From Pseudogymnoascus verrucosus (taxonomy: Eukaryota), in the NCBI GenBank assembly GCA_001662655.1, contig KV460236.1: a DNA stretch of 64,000 nucleotides; one strand, written 5' to 3'. The notes below the pieces were generated by a model. It searched no databases, was not told the origin of the DNA, and was given only the letters and a program-made list of their open reading frames with translations. The position numbers and the translations under genes are program-made. This document shows positions 22,830 to 35,094 of this stretch, in pieces (positions within the stretch are counted from its first letter, which is position 1; the number at the start of each line of letters is the position of its first letter).

Positions 22830-24708
22830 ATGGCTACCGTTCTCGCCGCTCTCTGGGGAATGATCGTGAAAGTCGTCTTGTTCTGGAAGAGTGTAAGAAG
22901 ACCAATTCGACAATACATACTGTGGATATCGCTGACATGGTCTCTAGAGGTTTTGGAGTTGGTTGACATGGAAGAAGCCAACAGATGTTTGGGTCAACAT
23001 TCTCCAGAATGCACAATCATATGAGGAGTGGGAAGAGGCGGCCTTTCAATTAGACGTGTTGCTTGGGAATGACTTATGGTATGGCACGATTCCGCTGCCT
23101 GTGTAGCACTACAAGCTTCAAAGAAACTAACAATTACATAGGCGCCAGAATCCAATCTCAAAATACTATGATTACCGCCTCATCCACGAGCGACTCCAAT
23201 CCATAATCGTTGCCCGCGAAGAGAACGATGTTTTTACCCTCGTCAATCTACTCCGATCTGGCCTCGTCAGGAACCTCGGCAACATCACTGCTCCACGACT
23301 CTTCAACCGCGCCTTTGCTGGCACAAAATTACTTATCGAAGATTATATCACGCAGGTTGCCATTGCCATCTCTTTTGTGGCAGCTTTGCCAGGCACAGCA
23401 GGCACAGATGGAAATGTAACGGCAGCAGGGCTTAGTAACCAAGCAAAACTAGACCTACTTCATGATACGAGGCAAGCGTTTGGAAGGAGTACTTTGGTGC
23501 TGCAGGGAGGAGAGATATTTGGCATGTGTCACCTGGGCGTTGTAAAAGCGCTGTATCTGAGGGGACTGCTACCTAGGATCATTACAGGAACTGCTACCGG
23601 GGCGCTAATTGCTGCGTTGGTGGGGGTGCACACTGAGGACGAGCTCTTAGAATTCCTAACGGGCGACGGGATTGACCTGACTGCGTTTGGAGGTGGAAAC
23701 GATGGAGACCTAAAGAAGAGGCCACCGAAAGATGGCGGGTGGTGGGCGACGCTAGGAAGGAGAACAAAGAGGTTCTACCGGGAGGGATATTTCCTGGATA
23801 TCTCCGTTTTAGAAGATTGCGTGAGGGCCAATGTTGGAGATTTGACATTCGAAGAGGCCTACAATCGCACGAAACGAGTCCTCAATATTACAGTGGCTAC
23901 ATCAGGTCATGGTAGTGTGCCGACACTTTTGAACTACCTCACGGCACCCAACGTTCTTATTTGGTCTGCAGCTCTCGCGTCAAATGTGTCAAACCCGACG
24001 CTATATGGCCGCTCTGTCAACCTCTTATCGAAGTCCCTCGATGGCACCATCGTGCCTTGGTTCCCCTCCGAATCCGCCACCTTCCGTCCTTGGACGCATG
24101 CCACCTATTCGGACCGGGAGTCGCCTCTAACGCGAGTTGCTGAGTTATTCAACGTAAACCACTTCATCATCTCGCAAGCGCGCCCATACCTCGTACCGTT
24201 TCTGCAAAGCGATATGCATGGCCCATCAGGCAGCTATGCACGACGGGGCCGGACGAGTTTTACAAGCCACCTATTGAGGCTAATAACCATGGAAATACAT
24301 CATCGCCTCTCGCAGCTTGACTCTCTTGGCGTTCTTCCGGCGAGCACCAGACGCTTTCTCATTGACGAAACAGTTCCCGGCGCAAGTGTGACGCTTGTCC
24401 CGGAATTAAGCACCGGCGATTTCCTTCGCCTCCTAGAGACCCCCACCCGCGGGAGTCTTGATCATTGGATCCTCTGCGGCGAGAAAAGCGTGTGGCCCGC
24501 TGTTTCGGCGTTGAAGATTCGGTGTGCTGTGGAAAGTGAATTGGACCGAGGATACCAGTTCGTTAGGAGGAGAAAGGCCGGGGGACTGAGGAGGAGAGCG
24601 AGTACGTTAGATACGAGCCATGCGCCCCACGAGACGAGAGAAAAGACGAGTAGTTCTGGTGGAAATTGGAAATCCGATGTAAGAAGCACGGGGGAGATGC
24701 AAAGCTAG
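22830..24708 (+). CDS. TGL3/4/5-family patatin-like protein with degenerate catalytic motifs
   Basis: Two 5' introns; DUF3336-like N-terminus, LQGGEIFG, GTATG in place of GxSxG, DLTFEEAY, ELFNVNHFIISQ. Confidence 0.88.
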
Positions 24709-26858
24709 AGTTAGTGTTTCGGCATCCTTACAGGGAACAAGGTGAGCCAAAACGGAAGCATAGCGAAAATCTTCGATGGATATTCAATCTAAGTAATGAG
24801 AATATATTGCCACATCAACTGCATCATCCCTGATCGGTCATCCATTCACCTCAGCGCCACTACACGCTAAATTGCGGCTGCACACTCTCTTTATCCCCTC
24901 ATTACTATCCCCCTTGCCAGGTCCTAAGCCCCTGTCTCCGCTTTCGCAATCTAGGAGTCCTCAAGGCTGCAGTCCTGACAACTGTGCATGAGGTGCCACG
25001 ATGACGGTATTCGGAAGCCGCAAGGCTAACTTGGGCGCTTGCGCACCATGCAGCCACGATTTACAGACCCCGGAAGGGCTCGATTTCGTTCGGAAATTTG
25101 AGGATTCGGGGAAATGTACACGTGGTACGGTACATGACATCACATTTCGACTCCGAATAAATAATCTGGGGTGAGTGGGAGACTGAAGATCCAAAACGTG
25201 CTCCGAGTATTTGAGAAGGATGTGGGCGGCAAGTTGGGTTCATGCACGGTGACATAGTTGACGATGCTTGGCTTCCCTGCAGGCCACGCTACTACTCTAC
25301 ACTACACTGAACATAACCAAATCGTTGTTGGGCAAGCGATCCGTGCTCGAAGAGGAAGCTCTGGTGGCGCTAAATTATGCGTCCCATAATGCTCCTGGTC
25401 CGTTGGATAGCAAATCTCATGTCTATCCATGAGAATGCAGACGTGCAGGGGTTCGATAAGCGTCATCCATGCCATGCGGTGCATTCTTACGGCGGCGACA
25501 GTTGTGATTTTGTGTTTGAGCGCGCTTCTATGTAAGACCTAAGCATGCGAGGGTGAGGCTACAATCCTAGCATAAACTATCCATTGGACGGCTCACTCAA
25601 TGGCCTGGCTTTGGAAATATGATGGGTGCCTAGGACCTGGTTGAACCTGCGGAATATGAGAGCCTTGCCGGCTATCTACGGTCTGTGTGCCGACATGCAC
25701 CGTCGATGCTCAGTAGCTGTTGGTCGGGGGGAACGGAACACAACCCGATTTACCAATGCTCTCCTGTGGAATTTCCCGAGCTACACTATTCAACGGGATA
25801 ATAAGGTAGTAGAACCTTAGGCGGGCGTCAACTATTTTACAGCCCTTACCCCGCTACTGACTTTGATGGAGTACAAGATTCTTGGCGATTGAAAAGATAT
25901 GTCCTAACTTGCAGGCCTGTTGGATTGAGTTGTGATCCATGACGTCTTAACGCACAATCCCTGGGCTTGCATTCGAAGTCCCGTTTCCCCGAACCCTTGA
26001 AATATGAGCTATAGCGTTGACGCGGTGCAGATCTGGGGACGCAATACGCCTGACGACGACTCGCTATCCGCCAGCCTGGGCCGTGTGATCATGCGCGGCC
26101 CATACGGCTTCCACATGCATGGAATGTCACATCCATGTCAGATTTTGACATTTCTTCCCAAATAAGTGAGGCGGCAATAACAAGCGTTATCGGAGGCCGA
26201 TTTCTGGAAAATTTGTGCCCAGGAATCAATACCGTGCTAATACCTGTCGTAAATGATATGATAAATTTCGGGGAAGTCACATCAACCTCCTACCCTTAGC
26301 TCACCGGTGCCGTTTTAAAGGCCGTCAACGTGTCTGCTAACCTATGGCACGCCGGTCCCCGCGTCAAGGTAAGCACACATGACCTTTCGGTCCCGATGGA
26401 TATTTGCAACGCTAAAATATTCCCCAGATGGCTCCCGCCAAGGCTGAAAGTGAAGCCGTCTTTCTGGTACACCCATTTAGCATTTTGCTAAAAGTATAAG
26501 AGGTGGCCACAACTGCGATCGGGTTGCCTTTCGTTCAGAGATGAACTACTGCCGCTCGTTCGCCTTCACTCGGAACTTTTGAAGTCCACCGAAGGGATTT
26601 CAATTATCTTCTTGCTTCTTCTTCAACTCTCCCATTGTTGCGAGACATAACTGCTGCAACAAGTTTAGCCTTGTTGGTATCATTGCGCTTATATGCTGCA
26701 AGGCAATCGAACCGTCAAATTTATACCAATCGAGGTCGGTTCTCAGTGCGGATGAGCTTGGCCACTGATTCTAACTTCCTCCCAGGGTCTTCAACTTCCT
26801 CAACGGCTATTACTCTCAAATTCTCGCGCCAGCTCACTCATATTTGCACCATTCCGTA

Positions 26859-27635
26859 ATGGCCTGTGCATGCAACACCAGGAATCTCCCCAATGGAAAC
26901 AACACATGCCCATACGGAGTGCACACCGGACCATTGACAGCAGAAAGAGCTCCTGCCTATAATGAAAGCAACTGCTCATGTGCCCAAGCCGGGACCTCTT
27001 TTGCAAATGGCCATATACGTGTACCCATCGTACCGTTATGCACCCATAACTTGCAGCACCTCCAGCAGACAATGCTAGCAACAAATGACAACAGCAGCCA
27101 GTACCCGCTGTCGTGGGCTTCAGCTGGTACTGAAGCAACTGCAATCAACGTTGACGAAGGCTGTCATGATATCAACTATGTTCATAACAATAGTTCAAAC
27201 AACACATACCTGCAGATGGTACCACAGGATGGACTCAACGAGGCATCGAACTTGCTTCGAGCCTCACAAGCCCAGGATGTGCTTAGATTTCCCATCGCTA
27301 TCCAACGGATGATATCTGAGATGGAGCAGGAATACTGCCCCATCTTTGATGAATACCAGGGATACGAATCCAGTGATATAGTTCCAGTGAGCTTTGACAC
27401 GAACCGTGGAGCCTTCATTGCAGTGGGCCCGACCCATATAATTCCGCCGTCGGATTCCGAGAGAGTTACCAGAGGATGTCCATCGACTAGAGGCGAGAGT
27501 AGCGTCGTCAGCGGCCCGGGAAGCGGCAGTGGCGGCGGCTCTGGGCTTTGGAACAGAGGCGAACTCTATTTTGATCACATCGGTGCCCAGTACGAGTATG
27601 CCGGATACGACTATGACGATGCGGATGAAGCTTGA
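26859..27635 (+). CDS. Unassigned protein, Cys/His-rich N-terminus, acidic/Tyr-rich C-terminus
   Basis: 258-aa intronless ORF from ATG 26859; TATA-like GTATAAG ~26494; no recognisable domain. Confidence 0.55.
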   Translation: MACACNTRNLPNGNNTCPYGVHTGPLTAERAPAYNESNCSCAQAGTSFANGHIRVPIVPLCTHNLQHLQQTMLATNDNSSQYPLSWASAGTEATAINVDEGCHDINYVHNNSSNNTYLQMVPQDGLNEASNLLRASQAQDVLRFPIAIQRMISEMEQEYCPIFDEYQGYESSDIVPVSFDTNRGAFIAVGPTHIIPPSDSERVTRGCPSTRGESSVVSGPGSGSGGGSGLWNRGELYFDHIGAQYEYAGYDYDDADEA

Positions 27636-28397
27636 TGAAACAAAGCATGTGACGATTTTGGAAAAGCCAGCGACGTCTTGGATGAGTCTCTGTTTTCCCG
27701 CCCCGGGATTCCTATTTGGTACCAGCCAAGTCGAAGATGGGATATGAATATGAGAGTATCGAGTGTATTATTAGGGAGGTGATGAATGGGTGTACGATGT
27801 TATGAAGTTTACGATGTCAGGATAGTTCCTTTGGCGCCGGGTTATGTCGACATTGCTTTATTCCCGAGGGTTTTTTTTTGCTGAGGTTTGTTTTCATATT
27901 ATTGTTTGCCGACTGCACTTGGGGCAATTTTCAGCGTGCTTTGGTTATTTGCATGGTGGCTTTTGTCTTTTGGTATAATGTCTTACAGTGGCGATGCCGT
28001 GTTTCTCAAACACTGTTGTGGGGATGTATGTAGTTGGGACACCAACAAATACAATGAAATATAATAAACATACAGTCAAGTAATCGCAATGCGATCATAT
28101 GGTCTAACTATAGTAGCTTGCTATCCTCTATTTTGTATTCCCGTTTTCAACTCCCGCTCTGGTACTTTTCGTATACGCGTATAGCTCCCCCCACCCCGCA
28201 TTTTAGAATACGCGTATAGGGTCCTTGTGCTGTTAATGTCAAGATCTACTATAGACTCCACATAACACTCTTAGAACTACTGTAAACCATATACGGACAA
28301 GGCTTCTATAGCACAATATAAAATTACGCGTAATGCTGATGATGCGAATAAGATAAATAAGGAGGAGAGTTAATCTCTCCAATTTCTACAGTTTCCC

Positions 28398-30081
28398 ATG
28401 CGTCTCTCACAAGCTCCTATTATTCCCAAAGTTATCACTATGGCGTCCTACCTAAATGCAACAGCGCCTTTGTGTGCACCATCAACCTTCACATTCCCGG
28501 ATCTCTTTGGTGCTCAGATCCTTTCAATCAATGCCAATTTAGTCACCAACTTCAGCACATCTGTCAAAGATATCTACTTTGCTAACCACCCTTCTATCAC
28601 CGTCGAAAATGCTACTTTCTGTAACGTCACCGTCTCATATACGCATCCAGGCCAAGGGGACCACATAAACGTTGGGGCATATCTGCCCGTTGGGACCTGG
28701 AACGAGCGCATGCAGGCTGTTGGAGGTGGAGGATGGGTTGCGGGAGGACATAACTTCTTCCTGTCCACGACAGCTATGGCCGGCGCCATGGCATCGGGAT
28801 ATGCGACTATCACAACGGATGCTGGCCTTGGGGCCGCCAATGACGCCAGCCCCTGGGCGCTTCTGAGCCCTGGCAACGTCAACCTCTACAATCTCCAGAA
28901 TTTGGCATCCGTTTCACTTAATGACGAGGCTATTATCGGCAAGAGTCTCATCAACGACTTTTATGGCAAGCCACCGAAGTACTCCTACTGGAGTGGATGT
29001 TCTCAGGGAGGTCGCCAGGGGCTTATGCTAGCACAACGGTATCCCGGGGTCTACGATGGCATTGCCGCTGCTGCTCCCGCAATCAACTGGAACTCCCTCT
29101 TCCTTACTATGCTCTGGTCCCAGCTCGTTATGAACCTAGCTGGGGAATACCCACAGGGATGCGAGTTGGATGAACTCTCGGCGGCCGCGATCTCTGCATG
29201 CGATGGACTGGATGGTGTTGTCGATGGTCTCGTATCAAACATCAAAGCGTGTGATTTTGACCCTTTTACCCTCATAGGCACCGAATTTAACTGCTCCACC
29301 ACGGGAAAGAATATCAAAATCAGCAAGATCGCGGCAGAGGTGGCAAATGCTACGTGGACAGGTCCGCGGGGTGCTGACGGTCGTTTCCTGTGGTACGGCC
29401 CCAACATCGGCGCTGATCTCTCTGGCACCCTCACCACCCAGGCTCTTGCTATGACGACCTGCAACGCCAATGGAACCTGCGTGGGCGCTCCCAGTCCTCT
29501 CGGTGCCCAGTGGGTCGCGCTCTTCATCAAGAAAAATCCTGATTTCAATCTTACAAATATGACACACGAGCAGTTTGACGAGCTTTTGCATGCTGGATCG
29601 CAGCAATACCACAGTATGATTGACACAAGCGATGCCGATCTTTCTGGGTTCAAAGCCGCAGGAGGGAAAATGTTGACTTTCCACGGTTTAGTAAGAGACC
29701 CCCCTTTTTCCCCCCCATCAAAGTTTATAAGTTAACTAACACTTCCTCCCTCTCTAGAGCGACCAGATAATTCCCGCAAGTGGTACGGAACATTACTACA
29801 ACGAGGTCACAAAACTGGATTCCAATGTCCATGACTTCTATCGCTACTTTGAGGTTCCAGGCTTACAGCACTGCGCACTGGGGAATGGGGGCCAGCCTAC
29901 TGCTGTTTTTGACGCCTTAGTTGCCTGGGTGGAGGATGGCATCGCCCCGGATACGTTACCAGTGAGCCCGACAGGCCTCGACGGCACTACTATTGAGAGG
30001 ATCCTATGCCCGTATCCTTCGGTGGTCACGTATGATGGAGTTAGCGACCCAGCAACTGCGGATGGTTTTAGCTGCGTTTAA
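28398..30081 (+). CDS. Tannase/feruloyl esterase family
   Basis: Intron 29691-29757; WSGCSQGGRQG nucleophile, HGLSDQII, PGLQHC (CS-D-HC triad), LCPYP; alternative start 28440. Confidence 0.92.
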
Positions 30082-30496
30082 CTTGAATGCGGAAAAGAGT
30101 TGCTGTAACATGTGGTAGTATAGGGCAGAACATTTTGGCTAGGTGGATTGCTGTAAGACGGGATTTTGATATTGAATAGTTTACTTATATATACGGTTTC
30201 ACTTCACGGCATTATGTCCATGATTGGCCATAATCCGAATAATAAAATGTACTAGAATCATATTATTGGTAGCGCTCAAGATATACAGAACGAACGTGCA
30301 TATATATGTCTAGCTTCTCTCTTTGAGCGTGCAATCTCTCTTTGAAACAGGTCACACAACGAATGCACATTTACGACGAGATAGAATAGCACAACAAGTA
30401 ACAGCGAAGTATATTTTATTGATTCCTACAAAGACATAACCAAGCCAAACGCCCATGCTATGGATTGCACAACAGATAAGGTCACAATAAGTGGAT

Positions 30497-32886
30497 TTAC
30501 ATCCAGAGACGACAAGTGCCGTCCGCACCAGCACTAACACACCATGGCTCCTTTGGATGCCAGTCGATATCCATGACACCCAGCGCACTTTTAACCTTGT
30601 GGCCCTTTAGGACCTTAACAGGGACAATTGTAGCGTTCTCCATAAGGTCGCTAACAACCTTGCCGTGGAAGATTTGAAGAGAGCCATCGTCACTTGCGTC
30701 AGCGAAGAGAGGGTATCCACCCTTGTGGTATTTGACAGCACGGATAGCTTTGTCGTGGAATCGCAGGGTTTTGTAAGGGCGGCTAGAAAGGTCAAGATCG
30801 TGCCACAGGAGGCGACGATCATATGAACCAACGATAAGATTGTCTCCACCTGGGTGGATATCGAAGGAAGAGATCCAGCGGGCTCCGGGCTGGATGATCT
30901 TAACAAGCTCCTGCTTCTGGAGATCATAACTGCGGATTGTGCGCTGAGTAGCGACGAAGAAAAGAGGGCGAGATGGGTGGAACTGGACAAATTGAGGGAG
31001 TCCGGGAAGGCGGCGGAAAGGAATTTGAGTAAGGTGCTTGGAGAGGGTGTGGATGGCGACAGCACTCTTTTGGGCGGTTGGTGAGACTGTCGAGAAGAAG
31101 TCTCCACGTCTGTGCCAGCTGATAACCTTGACGTTGGCGCGAACGGTAATTTTGATGAGAACACCTTCGTCTTCAAGCTTGGCTCCCGGACGGGTCCATC
31201 TTGCCGGCGGCTCCTTCTTCAAGCCATTTGCCGTCAGGGTTTGGGACTGGCCAGTGGCATAACCGAACCCGGCATCGAGGATGGCTCTGCTTGCTAGCTC
31301 GACTTCAGGGCTCAAGATGGGAGGAACAAGGAGGTAGATATCCTCGCCCGCTGCGGCAGATAGGATAACTCCGTCTCTCGCTGGTCGCCACCTTACAACA
31401 TTAACAGCCTCGTCCTCTCCAATCTTAGCACTCCAGATCTGTCTACCACTCAGAAGCTCCCACACGCGAACGGTTCCATCGTCACCTCCACTTGCAAGCC
31501 AGATTCCGGATGGGTCAACTGCTAAGCTTCTGACGCGGCCGTCGTGGCCTCTGAACAGAGTGGCGCAAACCGTTGGGAAAGGCCTGAGTTCCTCTGGGCG
31601 TGGCAGCTTCGGAAGAAGAGAGGCAGGATCGATGTTCAACCTGTTCTTGCGAACTCTGGGCGCAAGGTAAAGATCCAAAGACCTCTCAAAGCGCTCATTA
31701 ATGAGTTTTTCGTAAGCAGGAACCTTGCGCAGTGCATCGTGTGCTGTTGGCAAGTACTCCTTAGTTCTATCTTCCGGATCCATTGCCTCATATGCTTGTC
31801 TCTCAGCCTTTGTAGGGAGGTACTCAGGCGGTGGGTTGTAGCTCATATCGTATCCTGGAGGTGCGGCCTTCGGTGCTGGGATATTCATGATGTGGTCTGG
31901 TCGAGGCTGCTCGTCTTGCCAGATATCGTAGTGCACTTCCTCATCCTCCTCCTTCTCCTCTTCCTCTGGCTTATGCGGCAAAATACGTCCTTCACGAATA
32001 GCACGAACAATTTTCATGACGCGCTTTGCTTCGTGCTTGGAAGGCAGGAATCGCCGTTTGGGCTCAGGTGCGGCACTCAGAGGCATAACCTCTTGAATGC
32101 TCGTGAAATACTCGACAGTATCCTGTGTATATGTTAGACTCATTCGAAATATAAGTGAAAAGGGCACCATACCGGGTAAGGATCGTAGCCATCTTCGGGC
32201 ATCTCATTCATTTGGATTCTCTTCAAGACCTCCAATTCTTCCTGGCTGAGGTTCAAAGGCTTTCCGGTTGCTGGGTCAGTGAGACCAGTCCATCCCTTGG
32301 GCACGTCAATGCTATCCAGGAGAGCATCCAACGCTTCGCCCTTCGCAGGGCGCATAATCCTCTTGCCATTGATGTTGTAACCGATGTGAGGGTACGAATC
32401 GTAAAACGAGAGTGGAATATCTCCAATAGTATTCTCGTGATCTGCGGCATCCGAGTCGTCGGAGTCGTAGCCAGGCTCAATCTCCTCATATTCGTATCTC
32501 TCATTGCCATTGGCATCTGTGGTTACCGTATAGTTTGGCGTGTCGTCGTCCTCGACGTGATGGGGAAGGCCCAGAACCCTGCGGTTCGCAGTCTGCCTGG
32601 CGACAATATTTGTATTGATTGGCCTTTTCGGCAGTGCTGCTCCATTCGACTTAGCTGCCTCACTTTCAGACGGGATTTCGTCGCTGTCCAGCGCCTCTAG
32701 CTCCCCATCCTCGAGGTCGCTGTCGTCGTCCTCTTCGCCCTCACTCTCATCCGAGCCAGTTTCGCTTTGCGACAGGACTCCATCAAGGATGCCATCTCCA
32801 AAATCGCTATCGCTCTCCACGTCAGAAGTGATTATTTCCGCCTCTTTCACAGACTTCCGTTTTCTTGAGTTTGTAGAAGGCGCCAT
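30497..32886 (-). CDS. ERB1: Ribosome biogenesis protein Erb1/BOP1
   Basis: Intron 32123-32172; BOP1NT ([36 protein letters not shown]) and WD40 C-terminus. Confidence 0.96.
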
Positions 32887-33457
32887 GGTTAGTTATGCCT
32901 CTTGCCGTGTTTTCTTCAAGGCTGTGAAATTTATTTTGCAATTCCAATGCTCTATCGTTATCAGAAATCTTGGCGCAAAAAATCTACTAGCCGTTTTGAG
33001 ATAAGCCGATAAGTCACTGGTCACAACCCAGATGCCCATGAAGAGTCAAGCTCGAGATATAAAATAAAAACATGAAGTTAAATTGTGAGGCTGCTCTAAT
33101 TAGTTCTTTCGGATGCGCAACTTGTAAAATATTTTCTAGATCTTTGACAATAGTAATGAGAGCATTCATGCAACATGGTTGATATCACTCATGTAAAAAT
33201 ACAAAGTTATTATCTGCTTGATGATAGGGAATTCCTTGGCCACGCATGCTTGAAATTGTGGAGCCTTCTATATACAGTTTATAAAATACAGATTTATAAA
33301 ATACAGATGCGCTGGTAACTCCTTGCGCCAAATGCTACCACCCTACTATTGGGTCTGCGGATATTATGACAGTCGTACTTATACATGTTTGCCAGTGGAA
33401 ATCCGGATCTGTGAGACTCGATGGAGACCTAGATGAGGACGAGAGACGTTCGTTGCT

Positions 33458-34729
33458 TCATTCCATGCCTTCCATCAACTCACTCCTATCAAGGACCATT
33501 CCTCTCCTGGCAACCCACTCCCTCAGTGCCTCCCACTCCTCGCCCTCTTCTTCTCCTCTACGCCAGACCTGGCGGAAGCCCCAAGCGCCCGCTATTTTGT
33601 CAATGGCGGCACGCTCGTCTTCTCGGATCCACCTCTCCCTCAGCGGCATACCCGTGGCCCAGGTGATGCGCTCCATTTGGTCATTTGCTGTTGTCACGGC
33701 CACGACACCAACAACTGTTGTAAACCCGATATATCCCAAGATACCAACGAAAGCAACGTTGGTAGCAACAGTGGGATCCATGGTCGTTTGATAGAGTGAG
33801 AGCTGGGTTGCAACAGCATAGGCAGCTGCTGGCGCCAATGCGAGACCCGTGACGGGTAAAAGCGCCCTTCGAATGAATCTGGTACGGCGAAACGCTTTCG
33901 TGTTATACGTTGTGTCCACAATATCCATCGCTGTGACTAGGTCCTTGGATTCGATAGCAGTTTGCAGAGCAAGATCCGCCATCTTTGCTTCAATTGAATT
34001 GGCGCTCTTATTTGGATTGACCTTCTTGTATTTCACAGGCGACGAGCCGTCCACAGGGGCTGGCTTCGTAGAATATAGGTGGAATGCCGTAGGCAGCGTC
34101 TCCGGGCGCTTTAATGTCGACTGCAACTTCACGTAGCGGCGAAGTATGCTGGGAGTAATGAAGATTGGCGGGTGCTGTAATACCGACAGCGCGAGGTCTG
34201 ACAGCTTTCTGGAAGCTCCGTCCACAATTGGGGAGTGTGCATGGACAGTCGGGCGGGGCTTCGCAGCCGTTTTAATCGAAAGTAGCGCAGAGGTTGCCGA
34301 TGCATCTTTTGGCAATGCTGCGGGATCGGGGGGATTCATTAGGTTGTCGGCTATTTGCTGATATGCGTCAAGTACGGCCTCCGTCTCATTGTCAGAAGGA
34401 ATGCCATCCTTCGTTATCAGATCATCTCGGAGCGATGCGGCTTTGTCCAAGTCGCTTTCAACCACTCTTGCATCAATGGCTCCAGATAGTTTCGCGCCAT
34501 CATACTGAGCTGGTATGGTAGATTTGACGTAAATCGGGTGAGCTTTAAAGTCTGAATTGGTGGGGGTTCGTTGGTTATTTGCGAACGTCCTTTGGCTAGA
34601 AGAGAATGGTCGGAGCTTCTGGGACGACGTTGGAAGTCGTAAAGGCCGTGCTCGTATCGACGGGCCAGTCGAAATAAAGGAGCTTAGTTGACAGACTGGG
34701 GCCTCAGTCCTCAGAATTCGAGATCGCAT
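33458..34729 (-). CDS. Hypothetical protein, probably mitochondrial membrane
   Basis: Intronless ORF from ATG 34729; R/S-rich presequence-like start, two hydrophobic segments, WATGMPLRERWIRE. Confidence 0.75.
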   Translation of the reverse strand: MRSRILRTEAPVCQLSSFISTGPSIRARPLRLPTSSQKLRPFSSSQRTFANNQRTPTNSDFKAHPIYVKSTIPAQYDGAKLSGAIDARVVESDLDKAASLRDDLITKDGIPSDNETEAVLDAYQQIADNLMNPPDPAALPKDASATSALLSIKTAAKPRPTVHAHSPIVDGASRKLSDLALSVLQHPPIFITPSILRRYVKLQSTLKRPETLPTAFHLYSTKPAPVDGSSPVKYKKVNPNKSANSIEAKMADLALQTAIESKDLVTAMDIVDTTYNTKAFRRTRFIRRALLPVTGLALAPAAAYAVATQLSLYQTTMDPTVATNVAFVGILGYIGFTTVVGVVAVTTANDQMERITWATGMPLRERWIREDERAAIDKIAGAWGFRQVWRRGEEEGEEWEALREWVARRGMVLDRSELMEGME

Positions 34730-35094
34730 TGTCGCGGATTTAGTCCTGGGCCCTTTATTTCCTGGGAAGCAATTGGAGGCTCGATAGGCTAGAAGAGAAT
34801 CATCGCGGATAGGAACCGATAAAATCGCCGACCCTGGTCCCTTGGCCCAGTTTAAACGCGTGGCTGACACCGCGCCACACCTAGCCGCCCTACCTCAGTG
34901 ACGTCCACGAAACATCCCAGGCGGTCATCAATCTTTCAACGCTCATCTCCCATGCGAGCTGTTGAACTCTTGCATACGTCTCTGTGCACACATCAACGCG
35001 GCACACCACTATCCTCATGCTCTCAACAACCGTGAGGGAATCCTAAACGTACGGTCTATCGCAGGCAAACCTCCCGCATACCACAGCATCCATC

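Noticed and set aside
33278..33308. Short tandem duplication TTTATAAAATACAGA x2 (also 9-bp units at ~21006-21031)
   Set aside because: Ordinary slippage-type duplications with no further structure
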